This document shows positions 39,482 to 52,339 of a stretch of DNA of 64,000 bases, piece after piece. The DNA is from Octopus sinensis. Its lineage: Eukaryota. The position numbers were made by a program, and so were the translations under genes. Numbering within the stretch: the first letter of the stretch is position 1; every line of letters starts with the position of its first letter. Location: positions 55,738,001 to 55,802,000 of the forward strand of contig NC_043013.1 of assembly GCF_006345805.1 (NCBI RefSeq). Reading direction: 5' to 3'. Below the pieces are notes generated by a model, which saw only the letters and a list, made by a program, of their open reading frames with translations, was not told the origin of the DNA and made no database searches.

Positions 39482-42400
39482 CAATAATAGTTCCCTATTA
39501 GGTTACTTTAGTTTAGTTTAAATTAGTTTAGATAATATATTTTTGGTTATGTAGTCTAGGCTTTAATTATAGTTAGTCTTTATTGATATTTCTTTGTTTT
39601 AATTAGTTCATTTTTAATGTATATTAATATAACAGTTTATGGTATGTTAAAACTTTAATAATTTATATTAGATTTTTTATTTTCTTTATTTATTTTATAT
39701 TTTTTAATTTTTTTTTATTTTATTATGTATTTTTATTATGCATTTGTTATATGTATTTTGGAGGATATATTTATATGTTGATGGGTGTTATTTAGTGGTG
39801 TTTTTATTGAGTTTTGTATGTATGTGTGAATGTTTACGATCCCTTTGTTTTTTGTTTTTTATTTGGTATGTTGAATTGACAGATTTTATTTGGGTATTGT
39901 CTGTTATAATAAAGTATACACACCCATAACAAATATAAGTGCCCACTTCATTCGCGCGTACCTGGAATTGCATGTGAGCCTCAACATATACACCAAACGG
40001 CCACTCCCGCCCTATACGGACAAATAAACACATACATCCCCAAAAATGGGCGTAATCCCACTCACACCAATCATATGTATACAATTATACACACTAGAAT
40101 AATACATAACTAACCCAAATATACAGAACATATTAAAAATCACCAACAAACCACCATCACAAATGAAACCTACACCCATACAATGACAAAACTCCCCCCT
40201 CTATACCCAATTTACACCCACATAGCAATCCCAATATATTCATCCATACATGGACGCACGTGCGTGAAGCACATGCACACAATAAATACGTACTACCCCC
40301 CAATACACACTCATATACATACGTATCAAGCTCGACATCCACAGCAATACGCTTACACCCACTCACACCCAGATGGGTGAATTGAACAACCAGGGAACGC
40401 ACACACACACGTGTGCGTATTTTGATTGTGCAACTCGCCCATATGCATGTATGCGGGCGCGATTACATTGTTGCACATATCGAGCCCAACTAGCATGCAT
40501 ATGTACATGTGAGGGGGTACACGTACATGCCGTGCGCGTGTACCCCCTGCATTTATACCCGTGCGTGAATATACACATGGAGACTACCACACAGGTACAA
40601 ATGTGTATAGTAATGGGAGCCCCATCACTACACTCAATGTATACTCTCACCCATCCGCACGGATTGAAAGAGAATCTCCGGTGTATATGTTGAGGCTTAT
40701 ATGTAGCGCTGTGGAGTTGAACGTCGTTGAAATTGTGAATGAATGGGTGGAGTTGGGAATTGTAACCGGGTGGTGGGCTAGCGTTGCTTGGAATTGGGAA
40801 TGGAATAGTGTAGTAGTAAGGCAGGTATCGAGAATAGATTTGGGTTACTGCAAGTTGTTTGTTAGAGCTGCTAAGATGAGCTAAAGCTCATAATTGTATA
40901 TAATAATTTATTATGGTAGTTTTATTAAAGAATCCATTCATAATAAATTTTTTTAAGTAGTGTTGGTTTGCCACGTGGATATAGTTTTTAGTTCCATTTA
41001 TTCTATTTCTCCATTCATAATTTTAAATGACGTTTACTTTCCATGGCGCGTATTCTTTTTTTACATAAGTTATATTTCTATGGTAACGTAATTTTGGTTT
41101 GGTTTTTTTAACGGCTAAGAATTTAATTTCACTTCATAATTTGAAACTGACTTGTAAGTATGTATTTTATTTCTCCTTATGTCATATTGTTATTTTTGAT
41201 ATTCTGGTTAATTACGATGTATTTAATGTTGTTTTTTATTGGAGTGTTTATGTATATGAGATTGTGTGTGAGTTTTTAGTTGTATAATTTATTTATCTGT
41301 ATGAGTGTGGGTGTGTAAATATTGTTGTATATATCGAGTTTAGTGAGTATGTATATGCGTATATGTGAGGGAGTATATGTATCTGTTGTGTGTGTGTGTT
41401 TTGCGTGTGTGTGTGTTTGTGTGTGAATGTGTATATGGGTTTGTTATTTAGGTTTTGGGATGTATGTGTTAATTTGTCTGTGTGGGGAGGGAGTGGGTTT
41501 TTGGTGTATATTGAGGTTTATAAGTTAGTATAGGTATGTGTATAAGTCGTGGGTCTGTGGTTTACGTGTGTGTTTTTTGTGTGTGAATGTTTAGGTTAGG
41601 GGGATTGCTATATAGGTTTGTTATAGAGTTTAGCAAAGGGAGATTTTATCGTTATATGTTTTTAAGAGTTTTGGTTTATCATGGTTTTTTTTAGGGAATT
41701 CGTGGTAATTTGTCTATTTTCGATGTTGGTTGTTTTATTACATTGTTTCATTCATAATTTTTGAGTGGTGTTCGTTTTGCCACGTGAATATTATTTTTAA
41801 TTCCATTTATTCCATTTCTCCATTCATTATTTTAAAAGATGTTCGTTTCCAGAGCGGTTATACTTTTTATACATATGTTAAGTTCCTTGGTAAAGTAATT
41901 TTGTTTGGTGTATATGTTGAGGCTTATATGTACTTGTGGGTGTGTGTGAGTTGGGTGGGTGTTTGTATTTGTTATGGGTGTGTGGTTTACGTGTGTGTAT
42001 TTGTGTGTGAATGTATAGGTTAAAGGGATTGCTATATAAGTATGTTATAGTGTTTAGTAAAGGGAGGTTTTATCATTTATGTTTTGTGAGTTTTAGCTTA
42101 TCATGGTAGTTTTATAAAAGAATCCATTCATAATTTTTGTGTTTATTTGTCTGTGTGGGGTTGAGTGGGTTTTTGGAGTATATGTTGAGGTTTATATGTA
42201 TGTATAGGTATGTGTAAGTGGTGTGGGTATTTGTATATGTCGTGGGTGTGTGGTTTACGTGTGTGTATTTGTGTGTGAATGTTTAGGTTAGGGGGATTGC
42301 TATATAGGTATGTTATAGAGTTTAGTAAAGGGAGATTTTATCATTATATGTTTTTATGAGTTTTGGTTTATCATGGTAGGTTTGTTAAGGAATTCGTAGT

Positions 42401-42971
42401 AATTTGTGTCTATCTGCGATGTCTGTTGTTTTATTGCATTGTTTCATTCATAATTTTTAAGTAGCGTTCGTTTTACCAAGTGAATATAATTTTTAATTCC
42501 ATTTATTCTATTTCTCCGTTCATAATTTTAAGTGATGTCCGTTTTCTAGAGCGTGAATGTGGGTTGTATGTGTGTGTGTGTGGGAGTATGAATAAGTATT
42601 GTGTTGAAGTATTTAGCTATTTTATTTATAGTTGCCTAGACGTTTTTATGTGTATGTATAGGGATATATATATAGGGGTGTGATTTAGTGTATGTAGTTA
42701 GATATGGTTATATATAATTAGGTATATGTGTATGGGTGTATATATAGTTTATTATATATTATTATTATTTTTTGTTTTGTTTTATATTTTATATTTTATA
42801 TTTAATTGTTGATAGGTTTATTTTAGTTTATATATTGTTTATATATTGATTATATATGGATTATATATAGGTTATATATGGATTATATATTTATATTTTT
42901 TCATTCATACTTTAATTATTTTAAAATTATTATTTTTATATTTTAAAATATTGATATTTTAGATTGGAAGT

Positions 42972-43014
42972 CCACCTGAAGATTGTCGATCAAGACAAGA
43001 AACAATTGTAGTGG
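42972..43014 (+). ncRNA. Minimal type I hammerhead ribozyme
   Basis: CCAC-CTGAAGA-TTGTC-gatcaa-GACAA-GAAAC-AATT-GTA-GTGG: canonical core, perfect stems I and II, palindromic ACAATTGT, predicted cleavage after GUA. Confidence 0.85.
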
Positions 43015-43231
43015 CGGTTTTTTGACTATTTATTAAAATTTTATGTATTGATTAAGTCTTTCCTTGTTTGTTTTGCAAAATAGTGGTTTTGTCTCTAATA
43101 ATATTTTATAATATTTTACTATAAAATTGGATTTAATCCTAAATCTGATTTTTTCCCTGTAAATTTGGATTTATTCCCTAATATTTATTATTATATATAC
43201 ATATACATATATATATACATATATATATATA

Positions 43232-43625
43232 CTCTCTCTCTTTTACTCTTTTACTTGTTTCAGTCATTTGACTGCGGCCATGCTGGAGCACCGCCTTTTT
43301 TAACCCCGGGACTTATTCTTTTGTAAGCCCAGTACTTATTCTATCGGTCTCTTTTGCCGAACCGCTAAGTGACGGGGACATAAACACACCAGCATCGGTT
43401 GTCAAGCAATGCTAGGGGGACAAACACAGACACACAAACACACACACGCATATATATATACATATATACGACGGGCTTCTTTCAGTTTCCGTCTTCCAAA
43501 TCCACTCACAAGGCTTTGGTCGGCCCGAGGCTATAGTAGAAGACACTTGCCCAAGGTGCCACGCAGTGGGACTGAACCCGGAACCATGTGGTTGGTAAAC
43601 AAGCTACTTACCACACAGCCACTCC

Positions 43626-43629
<4 letters not shown>
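43232..43629 (-). mobile_element. SINE family A, full length and young
   Basis: Minus strand GTAGGAGTGGCTGTGTGGTAAG (A box)...GGTTCCGGGTTCAGTCCC (B box)...GGCGGTGCTCCAGCATGGCCGCAGTCAAATGACTGAAACAAGTAAAAGAG; CpGs retained. Confidence 0.9.
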
Positions 43630-43667
<38 letters not shown>

Positions 43668-43672
<5 letters not shown>

Positions 43673-44757
43673 TTAAATCCTTAAAAATGTTTTAGCCCGA
43701 AGGCCGCGGCCATGCTGGGGCACCACCGCTGAATGAGCTACACTAGTTTGTGAATCCACCTCTGATACGTGGCACTTGATCAACAAGGGAGTTCGATGCT
43801 GCTGCCCGCATCCGTGTCTCCTGTCGTGAGGTAGGTTCATCTGGGACTCCCAACAAGAAGAGATCCAGTTTAGTTTTAAAGAAACCCACATCCACACCAT
43901 GTAAGTCTCTCAGGCAAATGCCTGAGAGACTTACATGGTGTGGATGTGGGTTTCTTGAGCTACAGGGAGGATGTTAAAGAGCTGTGGTCCTCTGAAACCC
44001 AAGCTGTTGCAGTATCTGGACCTGTATTTTGATGGTGATGTTGGAATCCTTGGCACCACGCAGCGGCACCCCGTTCTGCAGTTGGAGTAACTTTGAATGC
44101 CAAAGTTTGGGAAAGACCCTCCAGGATTTTCCAGATGTATATCACTGCATATCTCTCCCGCCTCCGCTCCAGGGAGAAGAGGTTTAATACCTTCAGTCTT
44201 TCCCAGTAGCTGACATTTTGCATTGAGACGATTTTCTTTGTGTAGCTTCTCTGAGTTGCTTCGAGTTCTGCTGTTTGTTTTATATTGTGTGGTGACCAAA
44301 GTTGGGAGCAGTAGTCCAAGCGGCTGAGGACAAATGTTTTCCATAGGACCATCAGTGTCTCCTTCTCTCTTGTTCTGAAAGTTCGGAGAATCCATCCAGC
44401 TAGCCGTCTGCATTTTATCACCAGATTAGCAATATGCATTTGGAAAGATGCATCATTGCTCATGTCAATGCCCAGGTCACGCACTGATTTTGACTCAGGG
44501 ATTGCAATTCTTCCTGGGCCAGTGTATCCAGTCTTCACGTCATTTACCTTTGTGTGCCAGTAGCGCAGGGCCTGGAACTTACCTGCATTAAACTGCATGT
44601 TGTTGTCCTCAGCCCACCTGTATATTGTGTCCAGCTCATGTTGCAGATGCGCAATATTTTCAGGGTTTTGTATTGCGTGGGAGACTTTTGTGTCATCTGC
44701 ATAGCTAGCAAGGGTGGTCATCGTAGCAACTGAAGGCATGTCTGAAAGGGCCACTGA
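43668..44757 (-). mobile_element. CR1-type (CR1/L2/Jockey group) LINE, 3' third
   Basis: SYADDTKV...[16 protein letters not shown]...VRDLGI...[14 protein letters not shown]...[20 protein letters not shown]; short 3'UTR ending GGCCTTCGGGCTAAAACATTTTTAAGGATTTAAGGA. Confidence 0.9.
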
Positions 44758-44779
44758 TATATATATAGATATAGATATA

Positions 44780-44819
<40 letters not shown>

Positions 44820-44846
44820 GATATAGATATATACATATATATATAT

Positions 44847-44883
<37 letters not shown>

Positions 44884-44908
44884 TATATATATATATATAG
44901 ATATATAT

Positions 44909-45022
<114 letters not shown>

Positions 45023-45238
45023 TATGTGAAATAGAAAGATGAATAATCTTGTAGTAGATTAATCAAAAGTTTAACCGATACCTTAGTAGCAAAAATCACA
45101 GCAGTGAACAGCACGGTTGGAGGTACAACCATCTGGCGTTGCAACCGTGCGTTGGTGCGGATAATTGAAATTAAAACATTATTGGTGAATTGAAGAAATG
45201 GAGCTGAACGCAGATTGAACAGAAATCGTTTTATTTCA

Positions 45239-45318
45239 TTCTACACGTGTTTCGAAAGGCACAAATTACCAAAATCCGATTGAATAATGGGACCATATTG
45301 TGTCTTTCTCTTCAGGAA
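45239..45318 (-). ncRNA. Type I hammerhead ribozyme with long stem II
   Basis: Minus strand TTC-CTGAAGA-GAAAG-a-CACAA...TTGTG-c-CTTTC-GAAAC-ACGT-GTA-GAA: canonical core, G-C closing pair, palindromic ACACGTGT. Confidence 0.85.
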
Positions 45319-45930
45319 GAAAAAAGGAAATCCGTTGGAAAAACAAAACAGAACAGAGGCAGAGCAAAAAACAAATCGAACTGTGCTCCTAAGAGCCCAT
45401 GGCGAAACTGTTTATCAGTGTATGTTAAGAACCGGTGGCTGAAGAATTCAACAGGTCAGGCATCGGTCAATCATGTGGGTGAGGGTGTATAGATGTTCTT
45501 TGTGACCGAGAATAAAGTTCTGACTATTTAAAGAATATTGGATGTTTTATAAGGGGCGAGAAAAAATCTACTTAGAGACGTGTGTGTGTGTATACTGTTC
45601 TATATATGTGTGTGTTGGCGTAGGGGTAGAAAACATTTTTTGTGTACGTGTGTGCGTTTGATCGTTCGGCTGTCAGTGGCTACTGCCGTGATAACCGTTG
45701 GGTGGCAGAAAGAAAAAAAATAAAGAAATTATATATATATATTATGTTTTATGTGTGTGTGTGTGTGTTCATCTAAGCCTGCCTTGACAAGGAAACCCCC
45801 CGCTGTGAAAAAACAAGCCCCGTTTGTCTTACAGGAGTAATTTCCCTTGCAGTGGTTAATTGTAGATATCTTAAAATCTATTTCAGAATTTGTTACCAAG
45901 GGCTATGGGTGCCGGTCTTATTTATAAACG

Positions 45931-48085
45931 CTATTTAAAGGCCAGATAAGTGTAACGCCGCCAATGGGGGCATCGAAAAGCCGACTGTAAGAGCCCGTTT
46001 ACCATCCGGCCTCTGGCAAACAAAATATGGAAGAGTTCGGAGACACAAAGGTTGCACTGTCTTCTGCCCCTATCAAATGGGAGGGCCACCGACAAAATTG
46101 ACCATTCCAGCCTATAGCTTAAGTTCGCATCCTTCAGTCGCCATATTAGCTTACTGAGTCCCGTGGTCTGGCGCTTGTTCACGTCCCGAAAAGTTGCGTA
46201 ATGGTTGGAGACACGCAAAGACAATCTTGAGGATGATGCCCCCATATAAGTGAAGGCATCTGAGTCCGTGTAAACCTTGCATTGGTAGACGGCGTTTTTG
46301 ATCTTGGAGTTCGCCGACGTGAATCTTACTCTGCTAGGATTGGTTTCTGAAATTAGAACTGCGTTCCTGTCACTATATTCGTTCCGAGACCTGCAGCCGC
46401 TTACTACTCTATTTTCCACTACGTCACTATTAACTATAGGAATAACTCCTGATTCTCCACTATCTATCAGAGTGCTGTCATTGCTACTGCCCGTGGTACT
46501 GCTATTGCGGGAAATGATGCTGGGGATGCTAAAGGGGCTCTCTACCCTACTCCCATTGTTACCATCAACCACAACACCCCTATTTATAACTATACCCCTA
46601 GTGGGTACTCCCTGGCTGGAGCTGAGATTATGTGTCACTGTACTGGCTCTCATATCATTATTACTACTATAATTATTCCTACTGAGCATTAAACCGGGAG
46701 CGGAAGAGGCTGTGCCTCCGGAAAAAGGTGATAGGGTCTTAGTAAGTAGCCTATTATTATGGGAGGCGATTATCTGGGCGAGGTTTTTAGTGTTGGAGAA
46801 AGCTATCCTAACTTTATGTGAGTTAACCGTGGAGTAATATTTGGAATTTCTGGGAAGTTATTGGCGATGGCTTGTCTAAACATGAGGGGGAGGTTAGTTC
46901 TAATCTGCTTACCAAAGGGGATTACAAACCATATATGCTTATTCCTATCAGTGTGATGGGTCGGGACGCCAGCTCTCGCATTTGGGTGGGTGATTCTCGG
47001 ATGAATAACGGGTCTTGGGTTAGTGTAAGACCTCCCGGACCGATAATTATCCTTGTTCGCTAAATTAAATGCGGGAGCGACTACCCCCGGTATCCGCCGC
47101 GCTCCCGTCCTTACTTAAAATGTTAATGTTATTATATACGGCCCTATCCTGATGACCGAATGATGGCATCGGAAGGGCCGGATCAATATAAATTACCTTC
47201 TGCCTATAACCGGCCTTGGATAGTGCGGCGTTATAAAAATCCGCTTTCTGCATAAAAATATCGGCACTGGCGGACAGGCCAGACAATCTTAGAGAGATGT
47301 TTTTAACCAAATTGTCTGTTACGGTTTTGGCATGATTTGAGAAGACACTGACATACTTCAAATTAGTGGAAGGCTTATGGTAAGGGCAGTATGAGTCGCT
47401 ATTAAGGTTAAGTGTAACGTCTAGGAAATTAGCCTTGGTGAGTTCGTTATCAAAAACTATACTCATGCCCATTCTATTAAAAAACCTAGCTAACCTGCTC
47501 TTAGTTTTCTGCACTATTCTGTTCGTGGTGTTTTGCAGGTAAAACAGACAATCGTCACGATACAGGCCGCCCGCGATCTCCGGGAATTGATCGGACAATT
47601 CGTAGAGAATATATATTCCGACCAAATCGGCTATCTGCGCACTATCCGAACTACCCATAGGCACATCAAATTCATTGGGAGTATCCTTACGGATCCACAG
47701 CTTATTATCAAACTTAATAACGATTTCCTGGCAACTAAAATGATATCTATCTCTTCTCTGGTGAGGCCTGCCTTGTTGTGAGCATGCCAGAGGGCCTTAT
47801 TTAGCACACTAGGGTTAATCGAGGGGTAGAAGCTGGCGATATCAAACTGAATGAACCTAGTACGGTTCTTATTGGGGATGGAAGAGAACCACTTCACTAC
47901 CTGCGAGGAGTTGGCCCAGAGGCTGAGCTTCAGCTTGTTTACTAAACTAGGGATATATTTATCTAAAATGTACTTACTGATTATCCCGATATCAGATCTA
48001 GCAGGGCATATGAGTCTTAGCGCTGGGTTGGTGTGGAAGTTAGGTTTATGGTCCTTCACTATAAACCTGGGTTGCTTGGGGCTAT
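45931..48085 (-). pseudogene. PLE RT plus GIY-YIG frame broken only by three 1-nt indels
   Basis: [10 protein letters not shown]...RLICP...[13 protein letters not shown]...[17 protein letters not shown]...GGLYRDD...NFLDVTLNL...PYHKP...HIWF...AVYQCKV...YMGASSSRLSLRVSNH...TGLSKLIWRLK...CNLCVSE...CPH. Shifts at ~47720, ~47085 and ~46850. Confidence 0.9.
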
Positions 48086-48151
48086 ATATACATATATATA
48101 TATATAGATATAGATATATACATATATACATATATATATATATAGATATAG

Positions 48152-48219
<68 letters not shown>

Positions 48220-48242
48220 TATATAGATATATAAATATATAG

Positions 48243-48273
<31 letters not shown>

Positions 48274-48280
48274 TATATAG

Positions 48281-48537
<257 letters not shown>

Positions 48538-48899
48538 ATTGTGTCTGTAAAGGTGTGATCTTGCAACCTTATTATTACTGTAAATAACAGTAATAATACT
48601 TCTTTATATATATACATGAATATAAAAAATTATATAATTATAAGCATAATTATAATTAGGGTTCGGCAAAAATTGCTTCATCCCATACTGAAATTTAGAA
48701 CCTCTATAACAACTTCTGGTAAATCTTTGAGTTGCTCATCTTTGGTATTAAATTGTAACTGGGGATGAAAGATGGGTCTATTTTCATAATCCTAATAAGG
48801 GAAATCAATGGCTTCGTTCTTGTCACAGGAATGAAAATATGCTTTCAGATAAGGTTAGTTTGAACAGACAGTCCTTTTATGTGTTTCAAAGGGGAAGAA

Positions 48900-49290
48900 T
48901 TGGTCTTTAAGCTTGTTCCAGGCATCATGCTGTGAACACTATTCTATATGCACACAAGCTGCAGCAAGTATAAGTTGCTTTGAAGGCCCACTACCTGCAT
49001 TGGTCAATTGAAGACATGAATTCCTACAGCATTAGAATGCCATAACCCATCTGCCAGTGTGTGCAAGTGCAAACTTGAGGAATTCAAGGGGCTGGAATTG
49101 CTGCCTCACCCTGCCTACAGCCCAGACCTTGCACCTTCTCCAAGCTATAATTAATTTCCTGCATGGATGGAAATCCAACAATGTGGATGAGGTTGAGAAT
49201 GGGTACAGCCAAATGGTATAAGCATAGAACTGAGCTTCTGGTACTATTATAGCAACAAGCGATATACTATGGTGGAATATATTTTGATGA
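48900..49290 (+). mobile_element. Decayed mariner transposase fragment
   Basis: 49060-49140 translates ASVCKCKLEEFKGLELLPHPAYSPDLAPS, the mariner HPxYSPDLAP motif. Confidence 0.8.
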
Positions 49291-49332
49291 ACAAATGCTT
49301 TCCATATGTAATTTGTCTGAACTATTAATTAA

Positions 49333-49813
49333 CCCCTTGACAATGGTTGACGCAAATATGCGATCATACTTTTGCTTGTCTACCCGTGGTGAACATAAAT
49401 ATACGATGTTGAGCTGCCCTATATCTATCACGGACTTTTTAGTGGCTGACGTATGTTTACCTTCGCTATCGTGTACTTTATTTCTTTAGGTACACATGCT
49501 CATCGTCCCGTGCATTATCTTAGCTATTTTAGATTATGTTCAAGTCCTGAGACTAGCAGTAGACCAATGACATGCGGATAATTTACATGCACAATACCGT
49601 GTTTTGAGTTGTACCACACACAAGCTATTTTTTGAATTTGAGAACAGTTCGTTTTCATAAACCGGTAGACGTAAATGTACGACGCTATGTTATTGTAACG
49701 GTGAACGTAAATAGACGCGAGCTCCTTGGCACTTGTGTGTTTGTGTGGCTTCATTAGATAAAGAAAACCGGAGCAGTGTCTCGCATGCTTCGGGTAATAC
49801 TGGCATCAAGTGG
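49333..49813. mobile_element. Possible TTAA-flanked non-autonomous element
   Basis: TTAA on both sides, short imperfect TIR (CCCCTTGAC versus CCACTTGAT), CpG-rich interior. Confidence 0.4.
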
Positions 49814-49849
49814 TTAAAGTTTAAAATACATAAAACGTTTGACTCAACC

Positions 49850-50700
49850 TGGTATGTTATTTGTGTATTAATTGCAGACTTGAGTTGTAATATTGCTTCA
49901 GTAATCAACTGTCTGACTCTTTGAGGAATGCTATAAAGCAGAGATGTAGAATCTGTTAATATTATTCTACTAGCATTGTTTAATGATGTGTGGCATAATA
50001 TGTTGCCATTCCTCCTTAGTGTATATCCATAGTGAGTCCATGAGAAATAGTTGCACTTGTCTGGCCATTGTAACAGATAAAACCTGAAGTTTGCAACTTT
50101 ACACATTTATAGTCAAATTTATAGATGACATTAGTAATTTGTAGCTTTTACTCCAATTTATATGGCTGTGTGTTAATAAGGACGTTTGTGATTCCATTGT
50201 TTTTGTCATACATATTATGAACCATTTACGGTCTGCTGTAATGCCGTCTGTGTTTCATTAATGGCATTTTTTGTTATGTGTTCGTTTATTCTGTACCTGG
50301 CATGCATTGATCCATTTAATATACTTTGCATGAAATAAGTGTGCTTTTAGGCAGGATAATATCTCATATATTTGTTCCATCATCTTTCTGTTTATATCTG
50401 TTTATATTCAGACCAGTAGTTTGGTCTATTGGCCAGCTTGATTATCCATAGTTAATTAATGCTGGTTTTATTCTGTGGATTTCGGAATCGAATGTTTCAT
50501 TTGTGGAAGAGAATCTAAACGCTCTCCAAAGTATTAATTTTCTTGTATTTTGTAGCCCTGTGCCTATTTCCAGTCTCCATGTTGGTTTTATGTGTTTTTG
50601 TTTGTGTCTTTTGTGAAGATAATGTATCTGCTGTTTTTAGACTGAATAGTTATGTCTTGATATGAAGTTGTGTAAGCATCATTCGGGTTGTTAGATCTTG
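49850..50700 (-). pseudogene. Highly decayed PLE thumb and GIY-YIG remnant
   Basis: Minus-strand pieces LILWRAFRFSSTNETFDSEIHRIKPALINYG*, NVIYKFDYKC...CYNGQTS and QLITEAILQLKSAINTQ. Confidence 0.55.
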
Positions 50701-51445
50701 GCACTGCACTGTTACATTAATCACCTTTTAATTTCCCAATGTCTTCTGATGTGTCTGTAGCGGCACAAACATCCCAGCACCATATTGGATGAGATCTCAT
50801 GGCAGCCATTGCTATCTCTGAGACTGGAGCGAGACTTCACCTGCATCCATTTGCCATGTGCGAGATCACAACGAGGCTTGCGATAGCGAAAACTATATAA
50901 AGGAGAAACTAATTCAAACCAACCTCTTTTGGTGCCATTTACATAGCAGCATTGGCTGAACACGAATGCTGGTAGAGTTTTCTGCCTGTCTATTTCCAGT
51001 GGCTATGCCCCCACACAATCGGAATTTAAGATGGTAGCTGAGAGCAGCACACTTCACCTTTCCTGTAAATAAACCAGTTGTAAATAGCATTTATGCCGAA
51101 AGCCTCAACTACATAACGAACAAGAAAAAGATGATATTCCTCAGATATCATAAACCTTGCCTTCCATTACTAAATGTCTATTACAACTAGTTTATCATTT
51201 ATGTAATAACTAGAGAATATTATATGCTTTTCTTTAGATATTACTTTGGTTTTTATTGTAGCTTGGAAGACTGTCAAGAACGTTGGTCCTAGGGAAGAGC
51301 CCATAGCCATTACGTCTTTTTTCTTCCACAACTACCCCGTGGACAGTGAAAGCTACTTTAGTTGTGCAAATTACAAGCTAACCTTGATGGGAGTTGAACT
51401 CAGAACATAAAAGGTTGAAACTAAATAGTGCACTATTATTTTAGC

Positions 51446-51502
<57 letters not shown>

Positions 51503-51504
<2 letters not shown>

Positions 51505-51725
51505 TCTTTATTACCTACAAGGGACTAAACATAGAGGGGACAAGCAAGGACAGACAAACGGATTAAGTCGATTACATCGACCCCAGTGTGTAACTGGTGC
51601 TTGATTTATCAACCCGATAGGATGAAAGGCAAAGTTGGCCTCAGTGGAATTTGAACTCAGAAAGTAATGGCAGACGAAATATGGCTACACATTTCGCCTG
51701 GCGTGCTAACGATTCTGCCATCTCA
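51503..51725 (-). mobile_element. SINE family B
   Basis: Minus strand GATGGCAGAATCGTTAGCACGCCAGGCGAAATG...CTGAGTTCAAATTCC...GGGGTCGATGTAATCGACTTAATCC. Confidence 0.85.
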
Positions 51726-51731
51726 CCTTTT

Positions 51732-51868
<137 letters not shown>

Positions 51869-51885
51869 CATACATATATATATAT

Positions 51886-51928
<43 letters not shown>

Positions 51929-51949
51929 AAACATTATGTTATATAATTA

Positions 51950-52295
51950 GGGTTCAGTAAAATAATTTACTTTACTACACACCGAACTTTTAGAAAAAGC
52001 AGCCAAAAAATTTTAGCTATTTCTTCTACTATAAGAAAAGTCTCCCAGACAATGTATACTCAAAAATAATTCATGTAGGTATAGAGGGAAAAATAACGAA
52101 TGATCACACATACATCGATTATTTGAGAATGCCGTTTCTGGATTAGTTGGATAAAGAGATGCTAGAAATACATACTCCTATCAACATTTCCTTCGTCAGC
52201 CCAAGATAACGTAATGTTTTAAATATACAGTAAATGGTCTTTTTACATACTGAACACTAGTTGGTATAATTAATTAATTTTACCATTTTATTATT
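51950..52295 (-). mobile_element. Diverged pLTR of the 37570-38624 family, with hammerhead-like motif at 52123-52204
   Basis: TAATTAGGGTTCAGTAAAATAATTTAC and TTATTTGAGAATGCCGTTTCTGGATTAG match the inverted copy at 37575-37780. 52225-52290 matches the direct segment near 37993. Confidence 0.7.

Positions 52296-52339
<44 letters not shown>

Larger units (their letters stand above)
38901..43190 (+). mobile_element. 5'-truncated Penelope-like element C (Naiad-like) with ~3.5-kb repetitive 3' tail and terminal hammerhead
   Basis: GIY-YIG frame at the 5' end, G/T-skewed repeated tail, same-strand hammerhead at 42972-43014, (TA)-rich tracts on both sides. That the tail belongs to the element is inference from orientation and the hammerhead. 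Confidence 0.7.

Noticed and set aside
39482-43000. Mitochondrial insertion (NUMT) or control region to explain the G/T skew
   Set aside because: No mitochondrial gene, tRNA or rRNA was recognisable, trial translations of the repeat unit hit stops, and the region is bracketed by PLE hallmarks.
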